In this document: positions 1-13,900 of the stretch, piece after piece
Numbering within the stretch: position 1 is the first letter of the stretch
How the letters are laid out: every line of letters begins with the position of its first letter
From: Sphaerodactylus townsendi
Taxonomy: Eukaryota
Direction: 5' to 3'
Assembly (NCBI RefSeq): GCF_021028975.2
Contig: NC_059428.1
Location: 156,675,428-156,738,000, forward strand
DNA length: 62,573 nucleotides
Translations under genes and position numbers: made by a program
Notes under the pieces: model-generated
Told to the model about the DNA's origin: nothing
Seen by the model: the letters and a program-made list of their open reading frames with translations, nothing else
Database searches by the model: none

Positions 1-952
1 GATTATTTATTAGAGGCTAACCGGTGAAATGAAAACCTGCATTCTTGGGGGCGGGGGATAATCCTTTCCTCAGAAAGCCAGATACACACGGTACACACGC
101 AAAGATCGAGGGGTTTTTAAAAGCCAATACAAGGTGGGAGAAGAGGCTGGAAGCAGTTACTGCTAACCAACGTGGCAGAGCGGCACGGAAGAATTAAAAG
201 AAATCTGACCATAAGCCACGCCGCCTCCAGGTAAGGATATCATGCTTTTTTCCTGCTCTTGTATCCCTTGTCTAGCACGCTGTGGAAATTTCTCCCTTTC
301 CCAACAGTCCCAAGCATCTTGCTATAGTCAACGTGACTGTGCCGTTACAGGTTGATGGCTAGAAGTTTACTCTTAGTGCAAAGCGAAAAGATGGCTCCCT
401 GTTACCTCTAGCAATGCATCATGATTAGAGAATTAAATGATCCAGATTGCAAGCACTTCGCGTGATGAAACGGAGCGGTGTCAAACCCAGCAAAAGGGCT
501 TTTCAGGACCAGTAATGGGAACTGGCGGGGTTGGGCACCTGGTGGGGACCACCCCTTAACAAATGGGCCACTTCTAACTGGAGATACTGGAGCTTTCCCC
601 AATCTTCTTGAGTCTGTGCATGTTTTGGCAATCTTGATAGAGGGAACTGCTGCCATGGGGGGCAGGGGGCATGGTGAACCACTTGATTCATGCCTTGGGG
701 AAGGGGTCAGTCTCAAAATATTTGAAGGTTCCAACTCAAGTGTCCTCCTGCAGGCAGCAATTTTAGAATGGGTGCTCCTTGTGGAATCCAAGATGATTCC
801 TTTTGGCATCTCCCGAAGCATTTCCTGGTCCAATGCGATGGAGGAAAGCCAGGATCGGGTCTGCTTTAGGGAAACAGGAAGTGGGTGCCAGATGCCAATA
901 AACTGGCAGGCACAGCGCTGGGGTCACAAGGGCCAACCAGTGCCGGATAAGA

Positions 953-1270
953 GCTAGCATGGGGAAGTGGTAAAGAGCAGGTACACTCTAATCTGGAGAA
1001 CTGGGTTTGATTCCCCTCTCTGCCACTTGAGCTGTGGAGGCTTGTCTGGTGAACCAGATTAGCTTGTGCACTCCAACACATGCCAGCTGGGTGACCTTGG
1101 GCTAGTCACAGTTCTTTGGAGCTCTCTCAGCCCCATCCACCTCACAGGGTGTTTGTTGTCGGGGTGGGGAGGGAAAGAAGATCGTAAGCCCCTTTGAGTC
1201 TCCTTACAAGAGAGAAAGGGGGGATATAAATCCAAACTCCTCCTCCTCCTCCTCCTCCTCCTCCTTCTTC
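953..1270 (+). mobile_element. tRNA-derived CORE-type SINE (Squam3-like)
   Basis: A/B-box head (gtggtaaagagc...gggtttgattccc), gggtgaccttgggctagtca core, (CCT/CTT)n tail; many copies in the window. Confidence 0.85.
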
Positions 1271-1712
1271 TCTGGTCATTAGTAATTTTCCTGGCACTCC
1301 ATTTCAGAACAACGCTATCTTAAGCCGATAACTCTACAATAGCATTGATTTCTTATTGGATTTTGCCCTTCCAGGACTTCACTGAAGTGGACCCCATTCT
1401 GTGAGAACGCCCCCTTCATGTTTCCCCTTTCGTTTAATACAAATCTTCCATCTTCCTCTACTCATGAGGGTGGGGGGTTGGAAAAGGCGTCCCACATGGA
1501 ATAGCCTAGGGCCTTTCTTTATCTGCTGGGGCCGAGCCCAAGAACATTCAATGGAATCAATGGAATCCAGGCAGACAGGCAGGATTTTGCAACGCTCCCT
1601 AAAGTCTGGCGCTCAAATTATAACACATAATGAGTCATTTTCAACCCGCTTCTTTTCCTGAAAGCCCAAGCTACACAACACCACACAATCCTGGGCACAG
1701 ACGGCTGCAGTT

Positions 1713-1913
1713 ATGAAAACGCTAGTCAAACTCTGGGCTCCGAGACCCATTTGGAACCCGAAGCTACTTTGGAAGTCGTTCCGTAAAGACGGCAGGGCGT
1801 CTGCGTCGCTCGACCTTGCCGAGCTCGAAGCCATTAACCGGTGTGAAAAGGAGGTCCCCGAGTATTTTAATTTCGCAAACGACGTTCTGGACAAGTGGTC
1901 GCAGATAGAAAAG
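1713..1913 (+). CDS. ACSM paralog coding exon 1
   Basis: MKTLVK...[21 protein letters not shown]|gtaact. Confidence 0.9.
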
Positions 1914-4900
1914 GTAACTGTTTTCTGACGGCAACTCCCTGCTCGGCCAGGCAATACATTCTCTAAATGGATAAACAGTTTTACACACCTGTAGTGGGGG
2001 AGGGAGAAGGATTAAAGATGAAGCCAGAATGATAAATGAAGCAAAATGAAGCCATGCTGAACTGCTGTCTAGGGCAGTGGTGGCAAACCTACGGCATGGG
2101 TGCCAGAGGTGGCACTCAGAGCCCTCTCGGTGGGCACGCAAAAACAGAGTAACCCCCACCCCCCACACACACATCTAGGCTGGCCTGGGCCGCTGGGCTC
2201 GATTATTAGCATTAAACCTAAGACCTAGTTTTGGGGAAGCAGTGTAGGCAACCTTGTTAAGTGCTGTTAAACCCCACTGATTTTCATGCAAAGTACCAAA
2301 ACACGATTCTTTATCTGGGAGTAAGCTCGATTGCTGGCAATGGGGCTTGCTTCTGAGTAAACCCTCCTAGGGTTGTGATTCACCCGTCGGAAGAGTTGCT
2401 TCAAAGCAAAGCCACTGACTACCACCAAGCTTACTCCCGAGTAACGCACACCTCGGAGCCAACCGTTTTTTCTAAACTAAAACCTCAGTATTCAGGTTAA
2501 ATTGCCATATTGGCACTTTGCGATAAATAAATGGGTCTTGGATTGCAATTTGGGCACTCGGTCTTGAAAAGGTTCGCCATCACTGGTCTAGGGGAAGGAG
2601 TATAAATATTGTACCAGAGCCAGCATGGTGTAGCGGCTAAGAGCAGGTGGATTCTAATCTGCAGGACAGGGTTTGATTCCCCACTCCTCCATCTGAGTGG
2701 CAGAGGCGTATCTGGTGAACCAGATGTGTTTCCGCACTCCTGCATTCCTGCTGGGCGACCTTGGGCTAGTCACAGTTCTTCGGAACTCTCTCAGGCCCAC
2801 CTGCCTCACAAGGGGAGAGGAAGGGAAAGTAGACCTCCTCCTCCTCCTCCTTTTTCAAGCTATGCTTCTTAATCCACATTTGCATAGGAAGAAAGACACA
2901 AATGCAGCCACACAACTGTATTTTGGCATATTTTGCCTGGGTTCACATCGGCCTAAAATACTTATCTTAAATTTGGGAGTAGCAGTGGCGTAGTGGCTAA
3001 GAGCAGTGGCTAAGAGTGGGTGCACTCTGATCTGAAGGAACCGGGTTTGATTCCCAGCTCTGCCGCTTGAGTTGTGGAGGCTTATCTGGGGAATTCAGAT
3101 TAGCCTGTACACTCCCACACACGTCAGCTGGGTGACCCTGGGCTAGTCACAGCTTCTCGGAGCTCTCTCAGCCCCACCCACCTCACAGGGTGTTTGTTGT
3201 GAGGGGGGAAGGGCAAGGAGATTGTAAGCCCCTTTGAGTCTCCTGCAGGAGAGAAAGGGGGGATATAAATCCAAATTCTTCTTCTTCTAAATTCAAATCA
3301 AAGTCTGCCTCATAATTTTCTCTTAGGTCAGGCTGATAGTGAGAACGTGACTAGCCCAGGCCAGACAGCTAGACTTCATAATAAATAGGGATTGGAGCCT
3401 TTCTCTCTCCAAGTCCCATTCAGCCATCATGACTCATAGCTGTCAATGGACCACGCTTATTCTTAGGCTGTTGCAGATCGTGATGCTGAGTCTCTGATGC
3501 TGCTTTTGCAGGAGGGAAACAGACCTCCTAACCCTGCCTTGTGGTGGATCAACGGCAAAGGGAGCGAAGTGAGATGGAGCTACGAAGAGCTGGCAGCCCT
3601 GTCGAGGAAAGCGGCCAACGTCCTCATGGATCCGTGTGGTCTACAAAGAGGAGACCGGGTGATCCTCATTCTGCCTCGCGTACCAGAATGGTGGCTGCTA
3701 AATGCAGCCTGCATTCGGACAGGTGAAAATGGCGTTGTTGTCCCTGCTTAGTTACGATGGGAGACCACCAAGGAAATCCAAGGTCACTACAGCCAGTGGC
3801 CAGCGTGTGGTAGTGGTTAACAGTCAATTGCAAATGCCTTAACAGTCCAGGTGCTCGGGAGCAACAGCCGCAGAAGGCCATTGCTTTCACAACCTGCATG
3901 TGAGCTCCCAAAGGCACCTGGTGGGCCACTGCGAGTAGCAGAGAGCTGGACTAGATGGACTCTGGTCTGATCCAGCTGGCTTGTTCTTATGTTCTTATGA
4001 CCCTAATTTGGAGGACAAGGTTTGATTCCGCACTCCTCCACATGAGCAGCTGACTCTTATCTGGTAAACCAGATTTGCTTCCATGCTCCTACATTCCTGC
4101 TGGGTGACCTTGGGCTAGTCGCAGTTCTCTCTGAACTCTCTCAGCCCCACCTACCTCGCAAGGAGAGGGAGGGAAAGAACTTTGTAAGCTCCTTTGAGTC
4201 CTTTTTTTCAGGAGAGAAAGGCAGGGTATAAATCCAAACTCTTCCTCTTTTTCTATGGGAATTAAATCAGCCAAGAGGTAGTGTAGTGGTGAAAAGCAGT
4301 GGACTTTAACCTGGAGAATCAGGTTTGATTCTCCACTCCTCCACATGAATCCTGCTGGGTGTCCTTGGACCTGTCACACTTTGCTCACGACTCTCTCAGC
4401 CCATGAAGAGGAAGACAATGCAAACCGCTTCCAAATGTCTCTTGCCTTGAAAACCCTACAGCATAGGTGTCAAACTCGCGGCCCTCCAGATGTTGTGGAC
4501 TACAGTTCCCATCATCCTCTGCCAGAATGTTGCTGGCAGCGGGTGATGGGAACTGCAGTCCAGAACATCTGGGGGGTCGAGTTTGACACCTGTGCCCTAC
4601 AGGGTCACTCTATCAGCTGAGACTTGATGGCACACAGATAAATCAATATACACGCCTGACCCCAAAGATGACTGTATCAATTCACTGCTCTTTCAGGGAT
4701 TATCTTCATTCCGGGGACACCTCTACTGACCGCCAAAGACATCCTGTTCCGACTGCAGGCTTCTAAAGCCAAGGGCATTATCACCAACGAGAACCTGGCC
4801 CCAGTGGTAGATTCTGTTTCTTCGTCTTGCCCCTTTCTGAGGACAAAGCTCCTGGTCTCTGAAGGCAAGAGAGGCGGCTGGCTGAATTTCAAGGAGCTCC

Positions 4901-7900
4901 TTCGGTGAGTGCCCTGGTTTCCGAAGTACACTCCTTCACTTAAGCGAGTTAAAAATTCTTCTGGTTCTGGTGGGTTTTCCTGGCTGTGTGGCCCAGGTTT
5001 GGTGGATCTTGTTCCTAACGTTTCGCCTGCATCTGTGGCTGGCATCTTCAGAGGTGTATCACAGAGGAAAGTCTGTTACACACAGGGACTTCCCCCTGTG
5101 ATACACTTCTGAAGATGCCAGCCACAGATGCAGGCGAAACATTAGGAACAAGATCCACCAGACCTTGGCCCCACAGCCCGGAAAACCCACCAGAACCAGT
5201 TGAATCCGGCCGTGAAAGCCTTCGACAATACATTAAAAATTCTTCCTTTTTGCAACAAGGAGGAAAGCACACATTCGATAATAGCTAACCTGTGATGGCA
5301 GCGTAAAAAGAACACAGCCAATACCTTTAAAAAATATAATAATGGGATGTGGTTCCAGTCTATCTCAAAGGCTTATAGCCCCCCTTGAAGAATGCCTCCC
5401 CCCCCCCATGACCAAATACTAGCACATGGGTTGTACACGAAGGCTGGGCATACATGGCTATTCTATGATTAATAGAAGTCCCAAGAACAGCCCCCAGAAT
5501 CACAGGCTAGCCCCTTGTTAGCGACACTGGGCTACTCTATAAAGCAGGGAGCCCTTGGAATTTAAATGGCTTCTGCAGGAGGCGGAGCCCAAACAAAAAT
5601 GGCTTCTGCAGGAGGCGGAGCCAAACAGTCAGTCTCTCCTTTCTTTGCAAAAAAAAGAAAAGCAAACTATAAACAAATGAAGGAGAGCTGAAGGAGGAAG
5701 GGAGAAAAAAGAAGGGGGAATGAAAAGAAGGAAAGCCTAAAAGGGGAATGGAACCACAAGCGGAGTGTTTTCCAGTCCTCCAAATCCTGCAGCTGCTATG
5801 GCAGACGAAGACCCTTTGGTTTGAACAAAGGCAGCCAGTAATAAGCCGTGCCTTACAATCACACTGCTCATTTCTGAAAGATCAGCAGATGCCCGGGAAA
5901 GTACTGGTGGCCACCACAACAAAAACCTTTCTGTAAAGTCCAACGAGACAGCTTCGTTACGAATCTCTGCCACTCTTTCTTTCCTTCCTTTAAGAGCGGC
6001 CCCTTCCAGCCACGACTGCGTGAAAACCAAGAGCGATGAACCCATGACTATCTACTTCACAAGCGGAACCACGGGGTCTCCCAAGATGGCAGAGCATACC
6101 CACAGTAGCTTTGGCATTGGGTGTGCCTTGCCTGCAAGGTATGTGCTCTGGAGTCTCAGATGCCTTCCAAACTTCTTCCTGTCCACACTTCCCTTAAGTC
6201 AGTCTGATTTCCGACTGCTGGTGACAGATCCTTTTTGGTGTTGGGCCCAGCCTTACGGAGTGGCCTCCCAGGGAACCCTGACACTAACCTTGTTCTGCAA
6301 ACACTACCAAGCCGTTTTTATTCAGACGGTCTTTGAAGGGAATTCAGGACCTTCAGAGGGTGTTGCGGAAGTTCTGGGGCATTTAATTCTTGTAAACAAT
6401 GCCTTTTTCAAGAGTGCAAACTTCTGAGCCGGCCTTGAAGCACAGTGAAAACAAAGTAAATAAATGGCAAGTCATTTACTTGGTAAATGGATAAATGAAT
6501 CCTTAAATACTGTGAATGACTTGGCTGAAAGTGACCTACTTGGAGAAAAAGAAGAAGACACACTCTCCATGCCCTTCCCCCCTCACAACAAACACCCTGT
6601 GAGGTAGGTGGGGCTGAGAGAGCTCCGAGAAGCTGTGACTAGCCCAAGGTCACCCAGCTGGCATGTGAGGGAGTGTACAGGCTAATCTGAATTCCCCAGA
6701 TAAGCCTCCACAGCTCAGGCCGCAGAGCTGGGAATCAAACCCGGTTCCCCCAGATTAGATACACGAGCTCTTAACCTCCTACGCCACTGCTGCTCCCTGT
6801 GGCACAAAAAGGATGGCTTGTGCCACTTGTCAGGAGATAGCTCCCTGGTAGCTTTCCTTGTAGGTAAAGAAATGTTGCAGAGTCCCTTCGAAGTATCCAG
6901 AGCTCACTCACTTTCAAAGGCAACACACAGGGCTGCCCCTGACATCTGAAGTTGTAGACCAGTGTGGTGTAGTGTTTAAGAGCAGGTGGACTCTAATCTG
7001 GAGAACCGGGTTTGATTCCCCACTCCTCCACCCGAGCGGTAGACTCTAATCTGGTGAACCAGATTTGTTTCCCCACCTCCTACACATGAAGCCTGCTGGG
7101 TGACCTTGGGCCAGTCATAGCTCTCTGTTATCTCTCTCAGTACTGGGAAATTCCACCACAATTCTCAGCATCTTCCCCAGACTATGGTTCCCAGATTTCT
7201 TTGGGAAGGGAGAACCAGGATAGTAGTACTGATAGATCAGTGGTTCCCAAGCAGCGGTAGGTATACCCCCCAAGGGTACATGCCAGAGCATTGGGGGTCA
7301 CGTGAAAAAAAAATTAAATAATGGGTTTGCTAATTTGAGGACACAATTCTAGGGAAGTGAGTTGCCAAGGGGTATGTGAATTAAAAAAGGTTGAGAACCA
7401 CTGCATAGGTAACTACCCTGTTTCCCCGAAAATAAGACATCCCCTGAGAATAAGACGTAGTAGAGGTTTTGCTGAAGTGCTAAATATAAAGCATCCCCCG
7501 AAAGTAAGACGTAGCAAAGTTTTTGTTTGGAAGCATGCCCGCCGAACAGAACACCAGAGCATGCAGCTGTGGAGCGGAAAAATAAGACATCCCCTGAAAA
7601 TAAGACATAGCGCATCTTGGGGAGCAAAAATTAATATAAGACACTGTCTTATATTCGGGGAAACACGGTAGCATGCAAGTATAAAGTAAAGACGCAGTCA
7701 TCCTTTCTAAGTATCTCTGGGCAAGCTAAAAATGAGCCCTGACCTATTCCTTTCTGTGTTTCGCAGGTACTGGCTGGATTTGAAACCATCAGATATCATG
7801 TGGAATATGTCCGACACAGGTTGGATCAAGGCCGCCATAGGGAGTGTTTTTGCTCCATGGCTTCGTGGCTCCAGCGTCTTCATACACCACATGCCGCAGT

Positions 7901-10900
7901 TCGATCCCAGAGAGATTCTGAATGTAAGAGGATAAATCCTATCACATGGCTGGGTTTACTTTTCATAATTGGTAACTGTGCAAAGTATTCTCTTAAGAGC
8001 CTATCGTTTCTGTCCCCCCTGTGTTCAGAACTGAAGAAAAGGGGGGACTTAAAGCTGTTCCAGACAATGACCCCTTCCGCACACGCAAAATAATGCGTTT
8101 TCAAACCACTTTCACAATTGTTTGCAAGTGGATTTTGCCATTCCACACAGCTTCAAAGAGCACTGAAAGCAGTTTGAAAGTGCATTATTTAGCATGTGTG
8201 GAGTGAGTCAAAGATTGATTAAATATTTGAAATGTAATGCAATATTGCGCTATACAAAAATTATAAAATTAAGTCCAGATATGTGATTTATAAATTACAT
8301 TTATTTTTCAGATATGATTATTTTAAAGCTAAGTTCGTTTTAAGATTAACTTTCATTTTGGTTTAAAAGTTTCTCTATTTTAATGATATCGGCACAGTTT
8401 GGCCAACTAGGCCAACATATGTCTGAGAGCGCAAAGGACGACAATGTTGGATAAGCAGATTCATATTCTGCTAAGCAAACTCACCATGTTTTTATCTTGC
8501 TCTCTCTCTCTCCAGACTCTGGTCAGGTACCCCGTAACTACCATGTGCAGTGCTCCGACCGGCTATCGGATGCTGGTCCAACAGGATCTTACAGGTACTC
8601 CTAGGCTCTAACAACAACACAAGCCTTTATTGGCATATAAAACAGGACAAAATTTTAAAACAAAACAAGGTTAAGAAATGCAGTTGAAACTGCTAATTTC
8701 GAGTATAGAATTTTACAACGGATTTCACAAAAGAGCACATCAGAGCTGTTCAGGAGATTGGGTATCTTATAACACTCATGCCGCTGAGAACATTGCAAGA
8801 AAATGGAATTCATGTATTTCATGCGTATCTTATTGTATTTAGGGCATAGAAACAGAGAATGGTCAAGTGTTTCAACCGTAGTCATATCACATGAACAAAC
8901 TCTTTTAGAACGTTCCATATTCTTAAATCTTCCCTCCAGCAGAGCTGATGGCAGCACATTACATCTTTGCAGTGGCCAAGTTGCTTCTCCCTTCTGGAGG
9001 TGGGATTAATCCAAAGCAGGCGAAAGATAATGCTGCTTTATATAACTCACACGCTGCGCATGGGATTAATAATGTAGTCGGAGAACAGGTTGTCTTGGCA
9101 GCACGAGTCAAATTATGAAAATCAAGATCCAAGAGCCTATTCTTAACTAGTCTGAAGGCTTCCACCTTTGCGAGCAGGTACTCCTGACTCTTTAATGCAG
9201 GAGTGACCAACCTATGGTGCTCCAGATTTTCATGGACTACAATTTCCATCAGCCCCTGCCAGCATGGCCAATTGGCCACCGCTACTTTAATGGCATCAGG
9301 AATGTACAGGCTCTGTCTTTCTGCACAATTACGGAGCCTTACACTTAAGGTTGAGCCACCACCCTATTGGTTGATCGACATCCGACCCACAGACTAACTT
9401 GCTCAGCCCTCCCACTTAAAACACAAAACGAAGATGTCGGATACTAGATTGGGTCATTAGTGCAACTATCTCAGTAGTTGGCATTGCCCTGCAGTTTTAT
9501 AAGATGACCTGTTATACAAATACTTCAATAACATTTTTAAAGCCAGCACAATCCTCTGCTCCAATCATCTGTCTCACAGATGAGTGTGCCGAGAACTGGG
9601 TGGGCACATGTGAAGAGGTGATCAAGTAGGGCTGCAAACCTCCAAGAGATGGTCAAGGAGGGTTGCAACTAAAGATCTCCCTCTACTACAGTTGATCTCC
9701 CGACAACCGAGATCAGTTCTCCTGGAGAAAAAGGCTGCTTTGGAAGATGGGGTCTACGTTATTATACCCTGCTAAGGCCCCTCCCCTCCCCAGCCCCACC
9801 CTCCTCAGGCTCCACCCACAAAAATCTCCACATATTTCCCAACCCAGAGCTACAAACCTTGTCTTCAGCCCAATGGGCGTCCAGGGTTAGTGCCCTGGCT
9901 CTGCACTGGGAGCCTTTCTACATTCCATTGTCCCCCACATAGCCCTTTTGAGAGGTCAAAGGTGATCCTCTCCTGGCCTATTCCCAGCAGAAAAACTGCC
10001 TGGATCCAACTGGCTGTCTCTGATATTCCCACCGTGTGGAGGGAGACATTACAATGAAGGAAAACGTTTTGGATGACGGGGCAGGAAAAACACAGGCAAC
10101 CCTACCCCCAACCCTATTTCGTTTCTCAACTTGAAGCTACAGGTTCAAGAGCCTAAAGCACTGCTCGACAGGAGGGGAGTCGCTCAACCCCGAAGTGCTG
10201 GTGCAGTGGAAAAAACAAACAGGGCTGGACCTCTATGAAGGCTACGGACAGACCGAAGTGGTAAGCGTGCGTGTGTAAAGTGCTGTCAACTTATGGCATG
10301 GTGTGATGGCGGCTTAACCTCAAGATCTGTATGGAAAGCTTTTACGCGGCAGCGCTACCGGCGATGAGGAGACGACAGCCTGAATGAAATTTCTGCCTAG
10401 CAATCATGCTGGCAGGGGATGACATGGAACCGCAGTCCAACACTGAGGGCCGCCGAAGCCGGACATAATTTTGCTGATTCACATAAGCCCTGCCAGCATC
10501 ATGCATGGCGGGGATGGTCAAGAGACTGATCATCCCTTGCGGATGGCCTCTCATGGCAAATCTATAAGCATTGACCTGGGCAGGGAGTTCTTCATGCATA
10601 TGGTTCTCCAGATGTTCATGGATTGCCTAATTCCCCATCAGCCCCTGCCAGCATGGCTGCAAGCGGTAGGGCATCTGTGGGAATTGTAGGTCTATAAGAA
10701 CAGATTCGCAGGTTACACATCCTGGAGGCCATAGTGTTGAATCCCGCTGTAGAGCTGCCAAAGAAACACAAGGCAAACAGAGGTGGTTTGCCGTTGCCTG
10801 TCTCTGCATAGGACCCCAGACTTCCTTGGTGGTCTCCCATCCAAATACTAACCAGGGCTGACCCTACTTAGCTTCTGACATCTGATGAGATCCGGCTAGA

Positions 10901-13900
10901 ACACGGCACTTTCTGCACAAAACCCGAAAACATATCCAAAATGTTTTCAATCCCCCTTATGTCCGCATTTACCCTCTCCAAACGATTTTTGCCTTTTATG
11001 TTGAGTTTGTCATGTGGAATCACTGCTTCGGTGATTCCCGTCTTGCAGCCCATCTGGAACTAACTCATCATTTTAGAACCTTAATGTGGCCACGATATGA
11101 AAATAAAAGCAACTGCATTTGCACAAATCTTTAAAATGTTACCATCTGGCAGACGATACAGGTCTATAAAAATTAGGACAAAGAGGCTTAGAGACAGCTT
11201 CTACTCTAGAGCTGTGGCGATGCTGAACTCCGGGGCTTCGTGTTGATGTGTTTGGGGCTGTGTAGGGATGGGTGGAGGAAGGGGAAAGTGAGGATGGGGT
11301 ATGAGTCTGGAATTGTGTGCATCGAGGAATGCTGCTGTAAATTTTCGTTGTGCGTGCACAATGACAATAAATGCTTATGCTAAAATACAGCTTTTCAACA
11401 ATCAAAAAGTCCTTCCTTAACTGATCTCTAGAAGGCTGTTTGAGTCTTGAAGGGCAGGGATTCCAGAGAGCGGGGGGCAGGGGGCTAACACAGAGAAGGC
11501 CTTCTTCTGCCTGCTTATCAATCTTACCTCCAGCATCTTCCAGCTCCAGAGGATTTAGGTCAAAGACTCTCATCCGGATTCTCCGTCTGCTGCAACAAGC
11601 TATCACGGGCCGCTCTGGAATCTGTTGACATACATAAAAGCATTCCGCCTTTACAGATCTCTCAATAAATAAATGGATACTCTTTTCTGATCTAATAAAC
11701 CTAGTGTGAAAGCTGTGGATTTTTTAAAACTCAGGTGGTTTAAAATTCTATTTGCTGCAGGGGGTGATATCACTAATGGAAAAAGGAAAGGAAATTAAAC
11801 CTGGCTCTATGGGTAAGCCGGTTGCATCGTATGACGTTCAGGTAAGACAACATCTTGTTTGTCAACCAGATGTGGAAAACGAGGAACAAGAATGGCATCT
11901 GAACAGGTGTATTCAGAGGCTGTTGGGAGGTTTGTTTCTCAGTCATACCTCACTCAGACTGGCCGCCATGTTTGCCATTTTCTAGATCATAGATGCCAAT
12001 TCTGCAAATATTCTTGCCTCTCATACGGGGAGGGAAGGGGAGATCAAAGCGATCAGAATCCAAATCCAAGCCGGTCCCAATTTTATAACTTTTTTCACAG
12101 CTCACGTGGTTGGCTTAATTTATAACACAGCACTTTCCCCTTTTCATCATTTCAGGATGGCGATGCGCCACACAATGATATCACCACACCATGCAAGTCT
12201 ATACGGTATAGGTGGAATAAACCACATGGATGCCGTTTTCAGTGGCAGCCTCGCGGCACATGTTAATATGCAGTTCTGTTCTCATCCAAAATCGCTACCG
12301 AGAGCCCAAGGGACTCCTGATGTATAAAAGGAGGAGGGCTGCTTTTCTAAAGGAGCCAGTGTGGTGTAGTGGTTAAGAGCAGATGCACTCTAATCTGGAG
12401 AACCGGGTTTGATCCACCACTCTGCCACTTGAGCTGTGGAGGCTGATCTGGTGAACCAGATTAGCTTGTGCACTCCAACACATGCCAGCTGGGTGACCTT
12501 GGCCTAGTCATGGTTCTTTGGAGCTCTCTCAGTCCCACCCACCTTACGGGGTGTTTGTTGTGGGGGGAAGGGAAAGGAGATTATAAGCCCCTTTGAGTCT
12601 CCTTACAGGAAAGAAAGGGGGATATAAATCCAAGCTCTTCTTCTAAACGTAAGAAATCAGACAGAAAAAAAAGCAAACTTTACAATCTTATCAGAGAGGA
12701 TGCTTTCCTCACTTAAAACTTTCCCAAACACTAGAACAGAAATTTTCATGGCCCATCCAGGAGGCATACCATTGACCAGAGGGAGTAGAAAAGGAACGCA
12801 ATGAAGAAAAACCCACAGGGGCGTTTAAAACAATTGGTTAATTGAAGGCAAGATATTTTTTAAAAGATAATCATGTTGAAATTGGTTTATTCTTCTTTTA
12901 GGTCACAGCAGCTCATGATTGACTCTCTAAAAAGCAGCAGAAAGTCCCCAGTTTGGATTGGAACCATTTTGCAGCTACAAGAAATAGGCTGCTATTTGCT
13001 CCCCTGTGGGAAAAAATACAGGGAACATTCAGGCAACCTGTTTCCACCAATGAAGCAAATAATACCTCAGGGTGGGGGATGGAGGGCTACTTGAAATTGG
13101 AAATCTGGGAACTTTAAGAAGAAGAGTCTGGATTTATATCCCCCCTTTCTCTCCTATAAGGAGACTCAAAGGGGCTTACAATCTCCTTTCCCTTCCTCTC
13201 CCCACAACAGGCACCTTGTGAGGCAGGTGGAGCTGAGAGAGCTCCGAAGAACTGTGACTAGCCCCAAGTCACCCCCCTTGGGAATGCAGAGGAGTCTGCG
13301 GAAACACATCCTGGTTCACCAGATAAGCCCACTCTAAAATTGAAGGTAGGGGAATCAAACCTGGTTCTCCAGATTAGAGTCCACCTGTTCTTAAACACTA
13401 CACCACACTGGCTCTTTTCACAAAAATAAGAATTGGCAATCCACTCTGGGATCTTTCAGTATCTTGTCTGGTTTGACCTCAAGCTTATAGCGATGTAATG
13501 TAAAATTTCAGCTGTGTTCTGACTCCCTTTTCTAATTGTTTGTTGCAAGGATAATCCAGAGAAAACGGCCTCAACCTTTCGTGGAAATTTCTACCTCACT
13601 GGAGACAGAGGGTGGATGGACGAAGATGGATACCTGTGGTTTGTTGCGAGAGCCGACGATGTCATTATGTCTTCTGGGTTCGTACATTTCGCTTTCAGAG
13701 CAAAAAAAAAACACACCAGAGATTTATTTTGTTATGGAATCAGATGGATCCAGCCAGGTTGATTCACATTACTGTAAAGTCGGTACCGAATGCATGCAAC
13801 ACATCCTATCTGGGACTGTCCTTACAAATGATTGAGAAACTCCAGTTGGTTCAAAAGGCTTTTACTGGAGCGAGCCAATGTAAACACATTTCACCTGTTC

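Noticed and set aside
221-236. CAG|GTAAGG donor as a 5' UTR exon of the ACSM paralog
   Set aside because: Plausible, but a lone motif cannot be supported without transcript data.
408-957. Overlapping 141-aa and 159-aa ORFs
   Set aside because: No recognisable domain or splice context; possibly decayed TE sequence.
2975-3070. tRNA genes at SINE heads
   Set aside because: A/B boxes are present, but there is no complete cloverleaf and each continues into a SINE body.
8594-8610. Rescue of the exon 6 frameshift by a GC donor at 8605 (ag|gctcta)
   Set aside because: It gives the right phase, but GC donors need a near-perfect consensus (GCAAGT), which is absent. Not excluded without RNA data.
10083-10143. 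Alternative acceptors for ACSM paralog exon 7 to restore frame
   Set aside because: AGs at 10141-42 and 10094-95 give the wrong phase. The AG at 10083-84 gives the right phase but hits TGA at 10132..10134.
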